A DNA stretch of 63,236 bases, the filler included, from Octopus bimaculoides (Eukaryota): the NCBI RefSeq assembly GCF_001194135.2. It is 4 parts of 4 records of this genome, joined end to end, with 100 filler letters (N's around TTAATTAATTAA, not from the genome) between each part and the next. Parts side by side here need not be neighbours in the genome. Positions count along the whole stretch, not along the records: positions 9,207 to 35,520 come from NC_069006.1; positions 35,621 to 61,206 come from NC_069002.1; 2 more parts are not named here. One strand, 5' to 3'. A program made the translations under genes and the position numbers. The notes under the pieces were generated by a model, which saw only the letters and a list, made by a program, of their open reading frames with translations, was not told the DNA's origin and did no database searches. Shown here in pieces: positions 24,420-37,348 of the stretch; the first letter of the stretch is position 1; each line of letters begins with the position of its first letter.

Positions 24420-24990
24420 CAACTCAGTAGCACGTGCCCGTCCTTCCCAGTGCATCGAAGACTGATTGTGGTTTTGTTGCCATGTCTCCACTGTCCAGGC
24501 CCATCGGATGGTTTTAATTCCTTCATGTCTGAGTACACAGGCCTTAGCTCTGACAACAAAGCCTTCATGATTCACCTTGAAGAAATGGTCAAGTGCCATT
24601 CCTGCTGCTAAACATGTCTGTTGTGATGCCTTTACTAACTGCCACTTCTACTTTGCTAACCACTTCCCCCTCCAATCTATTTCTTTCTATTGCTAACTCT
24701 TCACTGAATGCTACTGATTCTATTTTCTTCAGGGCAAACTAGAACTGCCACTTAACTGGAGTTCCCTAATCTGGTCCCTGTAGACTTTTTTATGCTAGTA
24801 AGGACACATTCAACTTCCAGTAACTGGGTCCCTGTCTGTGGGTCCTATCTAAATCGACTGAGCAGATCACAAATTTGTAGCCTGTGTCACCAATCAGTTT
24901 AAAGTGAGGCCATGCTATGCTATCCCTATCCAATAGCCTAACAAATACTCTTAATTCTTTTATTTTGCTTGGGTCAAACACTGGAGTTTA
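24420..24990 (-). mobile_element. L1/Tx1-clade LINE remnant (end of endonuclease region and linker)
   Basis: GDTGYKFVICSVDLDRTHRQGPSYWKLNVSLL matches the GxGYWKLNxSLL motif of L1/Tx1. Confidence 0.8.
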
Positions 24991-26049
24991 AAGGTCAAGG
25001 TCTGATGATGTGAATTTTCCGAGACCTCTCTCCCACCCCCGTTCATGAGCACGTATTTTTTTTTTACATATTCGTTTACTACATATTGTACACTTATTAC
25101 ACTATTAAAAAAAAAAATGGTGGGGGGGGCTGTGGTGAGACGACTTGGAACATTCACGATGTGAATGTTCCAAGTCCTCTCCCCTCCACCTCCGTTTGCG
25201 GAGCGCGTATTTNNNNNNNNNNNNNNNNNNNNNNNNNTTTTTTTTTTTTTTTTTTCATATTCGTTCAACAGCAAGTTGTTTTACACGTATTACACTTTTT
25301 TTTTTTTGCTCGGGTCAAACCCTCTCCTTTGACCCTTTCTCTTATTCTCTCTCTCTCTCGCTATCTATCCTACTCTGTCTCCTTCACACTTCTACCCTCC
25401 GCTGCTGTCGAACGACACAGGAAGGAAGTGACGTACTTCGTTCCTCCTCCTCCCTTACTCTTCTTTATTTTCCTCTTCCTCTCCCTCCCCTTCTTCCGCC
25501 TTATCCTCCCATCTCCTCATCCGTTTACCACCTCGCTATCTTTCCCACCATTCCTCTCTCCCCCTCTCACTATATTCTTACTCTCTCCGTCATCCAACCC
25601 TCACCAACCACCGTATACTTACTCATTCAATGGCTTGTGCTTGCAACGAAATTGTCTCCATCTTTCCATGTCACTCAGTCGTACGTACGAAGCCAACCAG
25701 GTCGCCTCTAAGTAGTGCTTCGACCTGTTAGACATTAAAAAAAACCTAATCTTTCTCAAAAATTACACTCTGTCGTTTTATAAAGCGAAGAACACATTGG
25801 ATAATCTAGTCCTATATACACTATGTCGTTGAAAAGAGAAAATAACGGGATTAATGGCCTTAATGTTTTGATTATTATCAGTTCAATCGGGGTCTATTTG
25901 AGGACTAAATAGCATGAACAAGCTCGTTCTGTTTCGCGACTTGGTTTGTAACAGAGCGAAAAGAGAGAAAGCGTGAGAGGTAGGAAGATGTATATAGAGA
26001 GAAAAAGAGTGAAGAGAAAGAGAGGGTTAGAGGGAGAAAGACATACGTA

Positions 26050-26214
26050 TATAGCGAGAGGGAAAGCCTAAGAGGTAGAAACATATATAGAGAGAGAGAA
26101 AGCCTGAACGGTATGGAGACTAATGCATACATATATATAGAGAGAGAGAAAGCCTAAGAGGTAGAAAGACATATACATATATATAGAGAGAAAGCCTGAA
26201 AGGTACGGAGACTA

Positions 26215-26250
<36 letters not shown>

Positions 26251-26360
26251 CGAAAGAGTGAAGGTAAAGTGAAAAACCTGAGAAGTAGAAAGATGCATGT
26301 ATACGCAGAGAGGGAGTGAGAAAGCTTGAGAGGTAGAAACACTGATACATATATAGAGAG
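26050..26360 (+). repeat. Compound minisatellite with alternating A/B units
   Basis: GAAAGCCTAAGAGGTAGAAA alternates with GAAAGCCTGAA(C/A)GGTA(T/C)GGAGACTAAT, separated by (TA)n(GA)n spacers. Confidence 0.8.
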
Positions 26361-28247
26361 AAAGTGTCAATAGATATATTGTGACAGAGAGGTAGCTGAA
26401 AGAAAGATAGTTAAAGACAGAGAGAGAGAGCGTTTGTGCGTATGTAACTGCGAGTGCAGGTCATCTACTACGCATGCGCAAAATGCTCAGCTGACCCAGT
26501 AAAGGGATTTTTTTTTTTTTTTTAAGGCGGGTGTTCGACTTTTTTTTCTCTGTTTTCGCTGTATTCTTTGTCTTTTTTTTTTCTTTTAGTGGTAATGTGA
26601 CATTTGAACATTCTGAAAACTAAATGATTTTGGTGTTAGACCGAAATTTTGGGTTCGAAGACGAGTTTTTGAGAGACATTCTTCAACTGGAATTGCTAGT
26701 CTCCCTACCTATTCAAAATTAAACATTTATCTTTTACTTGTTTCTGCCACTGCACTGCGGCCATGCTGGGGCACTAACTTGAAGGGTTCACCTGAACAAA
26801 TCGACCCCAGTGGTTCATTTTTTTTTTAAACCTGACATTTATTCTATTGGTTACCTTTTGTTGATCTGCTAAGTTACGTGGAACATAAGCAAAATTAACA
26901 ACGATTGTTACGCGTTGGTGGGGGACAAGCACAGATTACAAACACACACACACCATCATCACCATCATCATCATTATTATCATCATGAGGTGGAGAATTT
27001 GACAAAAACTGACAAGCCAGAGGGCTATACCAAGCTCTATTGTCTGTTTGGCATAATTTGTGTGACTGGGTATCCTTCCTAAAGCCAACCACTTTATAGA
27101 GTGTACTGGGTGCTTTTCTCATGGCACCAGCACTGTCGGGGTCACCAAGTCACTTGCAAGACAAAGACCCCTGTATGAAGGTGTGTGTGTATATATATGC
27201 ATAAATATATGTGTATATAAGTATATAATTTTGTGTGTGTGTGTGTGTGTATGCGTATGTGTAACCTATTGTTCAGTTCTATGTTAACTCTGATCCAGCA
27301 GATGTGTGTGTGTGTGAACGTGTGTATATGTGTGTGCATGCGTGTATGTATGTGTGTGTATGGATGTATGTGTGTGTGTGAAGTGAAATATGTCACAAAG
27401 ACTTTCTAAAACTTGTTACTCAATTATCACAAATAACAATGACAGCATGGTTCTAGAGGTCACAGTGACACACAGACACACACACACATGCATCCACACA
27501 AGCATAGTCATGCACATATGTGTATATATATATATATATATACATGCAAACATACTTGCACACACATGTATAGATACATAGAAGCACGCAGATTCGTATG
27601 CATAAAAATAGCTCACACACACATACATGCACACATACACACACATGCAGACACACATATGTAGGCACAAGAGTGGCTGTGTGGTAAGTAGCTTGCTTAT
27701 CAAACACCTGGTTCCAGGTTCAGTCCCACTGTGTGGCACCTTGGGCTAGTGTCTTCTGCTATAGCTTCGGGCCGACCAAAGCCTTGTGAGTGGATTTGGT
27801 AGACAGAAACTGAGAGAAGACCATCGTATATATATATATATATNNNNNNNNNNNNNNNNNNNNNNNNNNNNNNNNNNNNNNNNNNNNNNNNNNNNNNNNN
27901 NNNNNNNNNNNNNNNNNNNNNNNNNNNNNNNNNNNNNNNNNNNNNNNNNNNNNNNNNNNNNNNNNNNNNNNNNNNNNNNNNNNNNNNNNNNNAGAGGAAT
28001 ATATTATTTTGCTTAAAAGAGTTCCAACACTGTCTGCCTTTCATGTTTTATTTACATTCCTGCAGAACCAATGTGGGGTATAGAATATGGAATATACAAT
28101 ATATAATATAATATACAATATATAATATAAAATAAAACAAAAATGGATGGCACCATGAAATAAAGTATTGAATGTAGATGAAATATTGAGTGTTCAATAT
28201 AAAGGATCAAATATATAAATATATAAATATAAATATATATATATAAA

Positions 28248-28287
28248 GGCGACTCGAGTTTCAGGGCTATTTCCCTTCGTCATGGCC
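28248..28287 (-). ncRNA. Candidate minimal type I hammerhead ribozyme (PLE/retrozyme type)
   Basis: Minus strand: GGC C(A)UGACGA AGGG-aaauag-CCCU GAAA C-UCGA-GUC GCC. This gives a 3-bp stem I, a 4-bp stem II, a palindromic stem III (ACUCGAGU) and a GUC triplet, with one extra A in the CUGANGA box. Confidence 0.6.
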
Positions 28288-28403
28288 GGTATGACAGTCT
28301 TTAACAGACTGTCATATATATATATATATAAATTCATGAAGACTTTCAAATATGTATACACACAATTACATATACATGTGCACATGTGTACAGTTATATG
28401 CAT

Positions 28404-28441
<38 letters not shown>

Positions 28442-28686
28442 GACACACTCTTGCACATACATACAAAGATACACACACACATATACACACATACACATAC
28501 AGATAAACATATCCTGGCTTATGCATGTACATACACACAAACAGACATGTACGACATACAAACATGCATAGACGCATGCACATAAATACACATACATACA
28601 AACATATATACACACATACAGATAAACGTACCTGCATGTACATGCAAACTTATATCTGCACAAGCGCACAGACATACAAGCATACA

Positions 28687-28726
<40 letters not shown>

Positions 28727-30223
28727 GAAAGACAGGCAATTAGACACATTGTCTGGGCTAGTCTAGTTTATATTTATTTAAATAGGTGAAAGCTAGTTGC
28801 AGGAATCAAGCACACANNNNNNNNNNNNNNNNNNNNNNNNNNNNNNNNNNNNNNNNNNNNNNNNNNNNNNNNNNNNNNNNNNNNNNNNNNNNNNNNNNNN
28901 NNNNNNNNNNNNNNNNNNNNNNNNNNNNNNNNNNNNNNNNNNNNNNNNNNNNNNNNNNNNNNNNNNNNNNNNNNNNNNNNNNNNNNNNNNNNNNNNNNNN
29001 NNNNNNNNNNNNNNNNNNNNNNNNNNNNNNNNNNNNNNNNNNNNNNNNNNNNNNNNNNNNNNNNNNNNNNNNNNNNNNNNNNNNNNNNNNNNNNNNNNNN
29101 NNNNNNNNNNNNNNNNNNNNNNNNNNNNNNNNNNNNNNNNNNNNNNNNNNNNNNNNNNNNNNNNNNNNNNNNNNNNNNNNNNNNNNNNNNNNNNNNNNNN
29201 NNNNNNNNNNNNNNNNNNNNNNNNNNNNNNNNNNNNNNNNNNNNNNNNNNNNNNNNNNNNNNNNNNNNNNNNNNNNNNNNNNNNNNNNNNNNNNNNNNNN
29301 NNNNNNNNNNNNNNNNNNNNNNNNNNNNNNNNNNNNNNNNNNNNNNNNNNNNNNNNNNNNNNNNNNNNNNNNNNNNNNNNNNNNNNNNNNNNNNNNNNNN
29401 NNNNNNNNNNNNNNNNNNNNNNNNNNNNNNNNNNNNNNNNNNNNNNNNNNNNNNNNNNNNNNNNNNNNNNNNNNNNNNNNNNNNNNNNNNNNNNNNNNNN
29501 NNNNNNNNNNNNNNNNNNNNNNNNNNNNNNNNNNNNNNNNNNNNNNNNNNNNNNNNNNNNNNNNNNNNNNNNNNNNNNNNNNNNNNNNNNNNNNNNNNNN
29601 NNNNNNNNNNNNNNNNNNNNNNNNNNNNNNNNNNNNNNNNNNNNNNNNNNNNNNNNNNNNNNNNNNNNNNNNNNNNNNNNNNNNNNNNNNNNNNNNNNNN
29701 NNNNNNNNNNNNNNNNNNNNNNNNNNNNNNNNNNNNNNNNNNNNNNNNNNNNNNNNNATATATATATATATATATATATATAAGTACCGGGGTCGAGTCA
29801 TTCAACTAAAACTGCCCCAGCTTGGCTGCTGTCTAATGACTGAAACGAGTAAAAGGTTATAGATGTGTGTGTGTTTGTGTGTGTAAATAAATTTGGATTA
29901 CATTACTGCATATTTTAGTGACGGGGTAAAGTAGATTTGAAAAGAAGACATGCCGTTTACTTGGAGAAGGAGTAGTATGAAAACAGAATTTTTGTGCAGA
30001 AACATGAACAAAACAGAAATTTACATGAAACGAGAGAACCTCATAAAGAGCTAAGTCAGATGTCCGTTATTCTTGTTGCAGATAACTCCAGATAATTGCC
30101 TTTATATCACATAGACTCTGTGACATATCAACTTTCATGTCAAATATTCCTTTGAACATGAGCACTCCACAGTAAATATACAATAGTTTAGAATCATACA
30201 GGCCTGTTCAAAAGTCCCTTTAA

Positions 30224-30545
30224 GCCCTTGGCATTTAAACTAGCCATATCCAGTCTAAATGTTCTACCTGGTTTATGTTCAAACTGGTCAGATCCAGCCA
30301 CTCACACCTACCTTACAATGTCTTTCTAAAAATAGACAATCATGTCGTTGAAATCTCAAAGCTATGAGATAATTCATGATTCATTGAAAATAATTTGAAT
30401 AAAATAAGCCTGTATGCTAAAAAATTAAATCAGCCACATTTAGTCCAAATATTCTGTTTTTATGTTCAAACTGATCAGATCTGGCCTCTCATACTTATGT
30501 TACATGTTGTTTTTAAAATAAACAATTACGTCATTGAAATTTCAA
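30224..30545 (+). mobile_element. Degenerate TTAA-flanked MITE plus a partial tandem copy
   Basis: 30224-30424 and 30430-30545 share TATGTTCAAACTG.TCAGATC..GCC.CTCA; TTAA lies near both ends of the first copy. Confidence 0.4.
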
Positions 30546-30775
30546 CCTTTTTTTTTTTTTATCTATGAACCCCTTTGATTACTATTTTATTCTGGTTGAC
30601 CCCCATATCTATTCGATGTTTAAAAACTAGTTTTCTAGAAATTCCTTTCAAAAATCCCCATATTGTTATTCACACATTAACTTGTGTAGGTTAAACTTAT
30701 GTAAAATGTTAGAGAAAGAAACCCAACTGTTTCTGGTAATACATACCAATAGCTACATCTAAACCAAAATTTCTT

Positions 30776-31075
30776 CAGGTTCTCAACCATTTTTCATCTA
30801 CAGACCCCTTTGATTCCCATTTTATTCTGGTGGTCCCCAGAGCTATTTGATGTTTAAAAACTAGTTTTATAGATACGTCTTTCAAACATTCTTTCTATGC
30901 TTTTCTTACATTAACTTGCGTAGGTTGAATCAGGTAAAACGTTCGAGAAAGGATCCTAGCTGTTTCTTGTAATACATACAATATAAAGCAACACGTTTTC
31001 AGGGCCATTAAAATTTACTATTTTGCTGCGTGGACCCTGCCAAAATCTTACATGGACTCCAGTTGAGAACCACTG
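30776..31075. mobile_element. hAT/Charlie-like MITE preceded by a truncated tandem copy (about 30565-30750)
   Basis: Termini CAGGTTCTCAACC / AGTTGAGAACCACTG; the internal sequence is duplicated upstream. No TSD is visible. Confidence 0.65.
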
Positions 31076-32354
31076 AACTAATAAGTAATGGCTAAAGTCA
31101 AATGATTAAAGCAAATAAGAGATAAAAGTACGAATTACAAATTGAGTCTCTGGAATTGTTTAGTCAAAGAGGCTTATTAGTGATGGCTATGTGGTGGTGT
31201 GGGGGGTGAGAGTAGTGGTGATGTTGTTGACAGCGATAGCGGTGATGCGGGTGGTGACAGAGGATAGGATAAAATTGGTTGTGACAGACTGTGGTGATAG
31301 CGCTTACGCCCTCACCAACCACCACCACCATCGCCACTACCACTACCATCTGCTGGTAAAAAGGATAGGGGTAGTAGTGAGAGGCAGTAACTGAATCTGA
31401 AATTTTAGGTAGAAGTGGCTGATGGGGCGTGGTGGTTGTGGTGGTGGTGGTGGTGTAGAGTTGATAGAGTAGTAGTGGAGTGCGGGGGTGGGGGGGGTAT
31501 ATCTGATGTGGTATAGGCGTTAGTAAGAGTGATAANNNNNNNNNNNNNNNNNNNNNNNNNNNNNNNNNNNNNNNNNNNNNNNNNNNNNNNNNNNNNNNNN
31601 NNNNNNNNNNNNNNNNNNNNNNNNNNNNNNNNNNNNNNNNNNNNNNNNNNNNNNNNNNNNNNNNNNNNNNNNNNNNNNNNNNNNNNNNNNNNNNNNNNNN
31701 NNNNNNNNNNNNNNNNNNNNNNNNNNNNNNNNNNNNNNNNNNNNNNNNNNNNNNNNNNNNNNNNNNNNNNNNNNNNNNNNNNNNNNNNNNNNNNNNNNNN
31801 NNNNNNNNNNNNNNNNNNNNNNNNNNNNNNNNNNNNNNNNNNNNNNNNNNNNNNNNNNNNNNNNNNNNNNNNNNNNNNNNNNNNNNNNNNNNNNNNNNNN
31901 NNNNNNNNNNNNNNNNNNNNNNNNNNNNNNNNNNNNNNNNNNNNNNNNNNNNNNNNNNNNNNNNNNNNNNNNNNNNNNNNNNNNNNNNNNNNNNNNNNNN
32001 NNNNNNNNNNNNNNNNNNNNNNNNNNNNNNNNNNNNNNNNNNNNNNNNNNNNNNNNNNNNNNNNNATACACACACGACACATACAGAGACTGCGTTTGGA
32101 TGTTACAAGGTCGTGTTGCTTCTCTTCCTGTTGTATGTTGGATTCTGTTACATGTAATAGAGAAAGTGAAAGAGAATCTGGTGAAGAGAGAGAAGTAGAG
32201 AGTGTGCGAGAGAGAGAGAGAGATAATGAGGGGGGGAAGTGAGAGACAAACGTTTGAAGAGATAGGGGGAACCGGAGAAAGAGAAAGAGAAAGCTAATGA
32301 CAGAGGAGAATTGAGAAATGAAAGTGTGATGATAAAGGGAAGAAGAAGAAGAGA

Positions 32355-32484
32355 GAGAGAGAGAGAGAGCGGAACCAGGAGAGACAGAGCGTAAACAGAA
32401 AGAGACAGACAGACAGAGCAGAACCAGAAAGAGAGAGAGAGAGAGAGAGCGAAACAAGAAAGAGAGAGAGAATGGAACGAAGAT

Positions 32485-32533
<49 letters not shown>

Positions 32534-32660
32534 GAACCAGAAAGAGAGAGAGAATGGAACCATAGAGAGCGGAACCAAAATTAGAGAAAGAGAGAGAGCA
32601 GAACCAAAATGAAAGAGAGAGAGAGAGCAGAACAAGAAAGAGAGAGATATTAAGATAGGG
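32355..32660 (+). repeat. (GA)n satellite punctuated by a recurrent GC(G/A)GAAC(C/A)A motif
   Basis: About seven GAGAGCGGAACCAG-like interruptions within (GA)n. Confidence 0.8.
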
Positions 32661-33544
32661 AAAGTAAGAGACAGAAGTTTGAAGAGAGAGGGGGAAGAAA
32701 AGAGAGAGAGAGATGACAATAATATTAGGGTTAATGAGGAGGTGAAGGAGGAGGTATGGATTTAGATAATGAGGGACTACATATACAGAGGAGGAGGTAT
32801 TTGAGAAATAACCAGAAAGAGAGAGGGAGAGGAGTAAAGGTAAGATAGAGAAGGAGGGGTTTGAGAGTTGGAAGAGGAACAAACAGCCAATGAGCGAGAA
32901 GGAAGATAGGGAGAGAGAGAGAGAGAGAGAGGAAGAGAGGAGGAAAGAGAAAGAGAGAGGAAGAGACGGAGGAAAAGAGAGATAAAGTGAAAGAGAAGGA
33001 GAGAGAGAACGGGTAAGAGGTGGGAATAGTAGTTGAGGCGGAGGACATTTATTTCATGGAACGGTTCGGTTCAGTTCGGTTCGGTTCCTGTTAGCTTTAT
33101 TGAAAAGGAACTTTATTAAAATAAACGGTGTTGATAGTGAAGGCGGTGGTGGTGGTGGTGGTGACGATGGTGGTGGTGGTGGTGTTAAAGAGTGGTGGTC
33201 ATTGCAAGGTCAGTTCAGTCTTTGGTCTGTGGCTATGCTGGGGCAACACCTTGATGGGTTTAGTTGACCAGATTGACCCCCTGCTCAGTTTTAAGTTTTA
33301 CTTATTCTTCTAACTGTCTTTAGTGGCCAAACTGCTAAGTAAGTCATCATCACCATTTAACAACCACCTTCCATGCTGGCATGGGTTGGATGGTTTGACA
33401 GGAGCCGGCCAGGGATGTAAACAGACCAACACCAATTGTCAAAGGGTTAAAAACAGTCAGTCAAATGTGTCTTCAATTTGCACAAGACTTGGCTGCTATT
33501 TCTGACAAGCCAAACAACTATATGAAACAAAATCTACAAATTAA

Positions 33545-33770
33545 CCCTTTTGATACCAAACCCGGCTGAAACCGCCTCTGGTTCTGCAGTACAAATGTCT
33601 TGCTTTCAAAAGTTCTGAATAAAAATCTTCCACCAAACCTTAGTCACAATTCATGTTCCTAACACTAGCTTAATGATAACTAAGTTATTTTACTAAATTC
33701 TTTGTTATGTTTAAAATGAATTGAAAGAAACACAAAGCATCTCAACAACAGAAATATGGTAACAAAAGGG
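33545..33770. mobile_element. piggyBac-like MITE, copy 2 (intact ends)
   Basis: TTAA|CCCTTTTGATACC ... GGTAACAAAAGGG|TTAA; TIR 12/13 and a perfect TTAA TSD. Confidence 0.92.
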
Positions 33771-33972
33771 TTAAATGGCTACTGCCAGGATCAACAAGAT
33801 ATCTTTGTTGCTGTCCTGTCAGAAGTCCATGGTAGAGGGATCAGTAACAGGCAGAAGAAAAAGGGGAAGAGGAGGAGGAGGAGGAAAAAGAAGAAGGCAG
33901 GAGCGTCTTCTCTCTCTCTCTCTCTCTCTCTTGTTTGCTCTTGTGAAGAGGGTGTCTGGACATCCAGGTGGA

Positions 33973-34079
33973 TTAAAAGCAAGACCTGTCAATGGGTGGA
34001 TGAGCTCCTTGTGGGCCAATGGTCATCCAGTTGTAGAAGGGCAATGACAAACCACCCCCAAATCTCTTCCGAGAAAACG
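33973..34079 (-). CDS. Candidate terminal coding exon; product unidentified
   Basis: Acceptor ttctgactttcttgtag|CG, then FSRKRFGGGLSLPFYNWMTIGPQGAHPPIDRSCF*. Plus-strand frames are also open here, so the call is not unique. Confidence 0.4.
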
Positions 34080-35476
34080 CTACAAGAAAGTCAGAATGAA
34101 GTAATGAATGCTATGGCGTCACACCTTTGATCCGATGTGTGTGTGTGTCTTTGTAGTTGTGGTTCTACTCCACCGCCGCCTGACAGCCAGTTTCGGTGTG
34201 TTTACGTCTGGGTAACTTTGCAGCTCAGCAAAAGAGACCGATAGAATAAGTACCAGGCTTTAAAAAGACAATAAATTAGCTCTGCCATCAATGTATTCAG
34301 CTAGACCCTCCAAGGTGGTGGCCCAGTCCAATGGCTGCAATCCAATGAGTGAAACAAACAACGCATAAAAGGTACAGAACCATGCCCTTGATCACAGTGT
34401 GTGTGTGTGTGTGTGTCCATTCTTGTGGATCTTGTCTGCTTTGCTTTGGTTCTTGTACCCTTATTTCAAGGAAGATTCAAACACACTCCAATGCAATTCT
34501 GCTCAAAATAGAACATAACAAGTTCTGTTTCCACAAAGGCTGATCGTTCCATCTACCGTTTTTTTATATATTTAGTTCCTTCTCTCTCTCTCTCTCTCCA
34601 AACTTCTTCCCTCTGTATCTCTATCTCCCCTTCCTCTCTCCTACCCCTTCTCCTCTCTGCTTCTCTCACCCTCTCCTTCTCTTTCTTTCCTACATTTCAA
34701 CCATCTCTCCTTCCTCTACCACACTCTCTCTCTCTCTCTATCTATCCATCTCTGTTCCCTTCCTCCCTCTCTGTTTCTCTCCCCTTCCCTCTCTCTCTCT
34801 TTCTCTCTCCATTTCTCCCTCTCTGACTTTCTATCTTTCTCTCGTCCTGTTTTTCTCCCTTTCACTCTATCTCTATCTCTCCCTCCCCTGTCTTTCATCC
34901 CTCTACCATTCTCTGTCTTCTTTTTCCTTCTTTTTCTCTCCATTCCCCCCTCTATCTCTCTCTCCCTCTCTTTCCTTTCCCATCTCCCAACCAACTCTCC
35001 CATCTCCAAATACTCGAATATCCAGCAATTATGTCATAAGTCTTTTTTTTCCTATTTATAATTGATCCATATTTATTGATTTCGAAGTTGCATCCTATCT
35101 GAAATTCCACAATACCAAACTATCAATACATCTTATCAATCACTGGGCCTAGCTACCAATACCATTCAGTTTAGCTTTCTACTCTACAAATAAAGTATCT
35201 CTCTCTCTCCCTCCCCCCCTCTCTCTCTCTACATCTCTCCTTCCCCCAGTCTCTCCCTCTCTACATCTCTCTAACACTATCTTTCTCTCTATCTATCTAT
35301 CTAGCTCAGCTAACAAGATACTGGATGCCTATCTTTTCATCTATCCAGTTCCCTAATTTATTTATTTAAACTTGTATCTAAGTGTGTGTATATATATATA
35401 TATATATATACAGATTTGTACATATGCACATATGTATAAATGCATGTATATATATGTGTGTGTGTGAGTGTGTGCA

Positions 35477-35520
<44 letters not shown>

Positions 35521-36050
35521 NNNNNNNNNNNNNNNNNNNNNNNNNNNNNNNNNNNNNNNNNNNNTTAATTAATTAANNNNNNNNNNNNNNNNNNNNNNNN
35601 NNNNNNNNNNNNNNNNNNNNATATACATACATACATACCATGAGCTTCTTTCAGTTTCCATGTCTGAAATTCGTTCACATGGCTTTCAGTGGCCAGCAGT
35701 TCTAGTATGTGCCCAAGGTGCTGTGTAGTGGGACTGAACCCTAAACCACATAGTTGGGAATCAAATCCAAATGTGTATATGACTGCTGACAATAACATGC
35801 CTGGTTATGGTATTATCATGTGACAAAATGGGTCAACTGGTCAGGGACTGGTGGAAAATATTTTGACAGTTGCTCATGATGACAGCTGTTGATGGAATGA
35901 GTGATGGGGGCGAGGGGGTCTTTTTTAGGTTGCATTTTTTGATTCAGAATTGGGTGCGACTGATGAATAACCTCTCACTGCAGCTCTTTGAATGAAGGGA
36001 ATGAATTATAGGAATGAGAAAATATAGATATAATATCCTCATATCATAAC

Positions 36051-36090
<40 letters not shown>

Positions 36091-36288
36091 NNNNNNNNNN
36101 NNNNNNNNNNNNNNNNNNNNNNNNNNNNNNNNNNNNNNNNNNNNNNNNNNNNNNNNNNNNNNNNNNNNNNNNNNNNNNNNNNNNNNNNNNNNNNNNNNNN
36201 NNNNNNNNNNNNNNNNNNNNNNNNNNNNNNNNNNNNNNNNNNNNNNNNNNNNATATATGTGTATATACAGTCAAATATATATATATGT

Positions 36289-36548
36289 GGAGGTGCGTGG
36301 CTTAGTGGTTAGGGTGTCAGCATCATGATTGTAAGATTGTGGTTTCGATTCCTGGACCGGGCGACACGTTGTGTTTTTAAGCTAAACACTTCATTTCACG
36401 TTGCTCCAGTCCCCTCAGCTGGCAAAAATGAGTAACTCCATCAAAAATGATGGACTGGCGTCCTGTCCAACTGGGGGGAACACATACGACATCGAAACCG
36501 GGAAACCGGGCCCATGAGCCTGGCTAGGCTTTAAAAGGGCGCATTTAT
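36289..36548 (+). mobile_element. tRNA-derived SINE, family C
   Basis: A box TGGCTTAGTGG, B box GGTTTCGATTCC, and a central ACACTTCATTTCACGTTGCTCCAGTC...CAGCTG core-like block. Confidence 0.75.
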
Positions 36549-37146
36549 TACTTATATATATATATACAAGCAATAAATGTTTTAGTGAAGTTAATGGCCT
36601 TTGTATGATACTGAATAAAAACTTGTGCCTTCCACACTGCAATAATTCTTGTTTCCACACATGATCTCAGATCAAAACACTTGCTATGCAAACACTTTTG
36701 TGTAATATAAGCATTACTTTATTTCTTAACAATTGAACTTGATGTTAATGAAGCTATAAATGACAGCTTGTAAGTGTTGGGTTACAAAATTTGAACACAA
36801 AATGTCGACCACCAACGAGCAGCTTTTGATTGTTTTTTCATTCAAAGATTTTATTAAATGAATATTTACACACAGTTATTTATAGTTTTATATACTTTGA
36901 AGTCAACCATTGACAAAAATGAATTATTTCACGTTCTCCTGAAATTTCTAAATCCATTTGACATAAACAATACATGACTCTGCAGGGTGGTTGATGTTGG
37001 GAAGAGCATCCGACCGTAAGAATCATGCCGAAACAGACACGGGAGTCTGGTGCAGTCTTCTGCTCAGCTAGTTAGTTCCTGTCAAACCATCCAGCCCATG
37101 CCAGCATGGAAAGTGGACATTAAATGATGATGATAATGATGATATA

Positions 37147-37317
37147 GGTGTAGGAGTGACTGTGTGGTAAGTAGCTTGCTTACCAACCACATGGATCCGG
37201 GTTCAGTCCCACTGCGTGGCACCTTGGGCAAATGTCTTCTACTATAGCTTCAGACCGACCAAAGCCTTGTGAGTGGATTTGGTAGATGGAAACTGAAAGA
37301 AGCCTGTCGTATATATG

Positions 37318-37348
<31 letters not shown>

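Noticed and set aside
36289-36362. tRNA-like sequences at the SINE heads (also 38032 and 50701)
   Set aside because: They have A and B boxes but no closable cloverleaf that I could fold, and each continues into a repeat body. They are SINEs, not tRNA genes.
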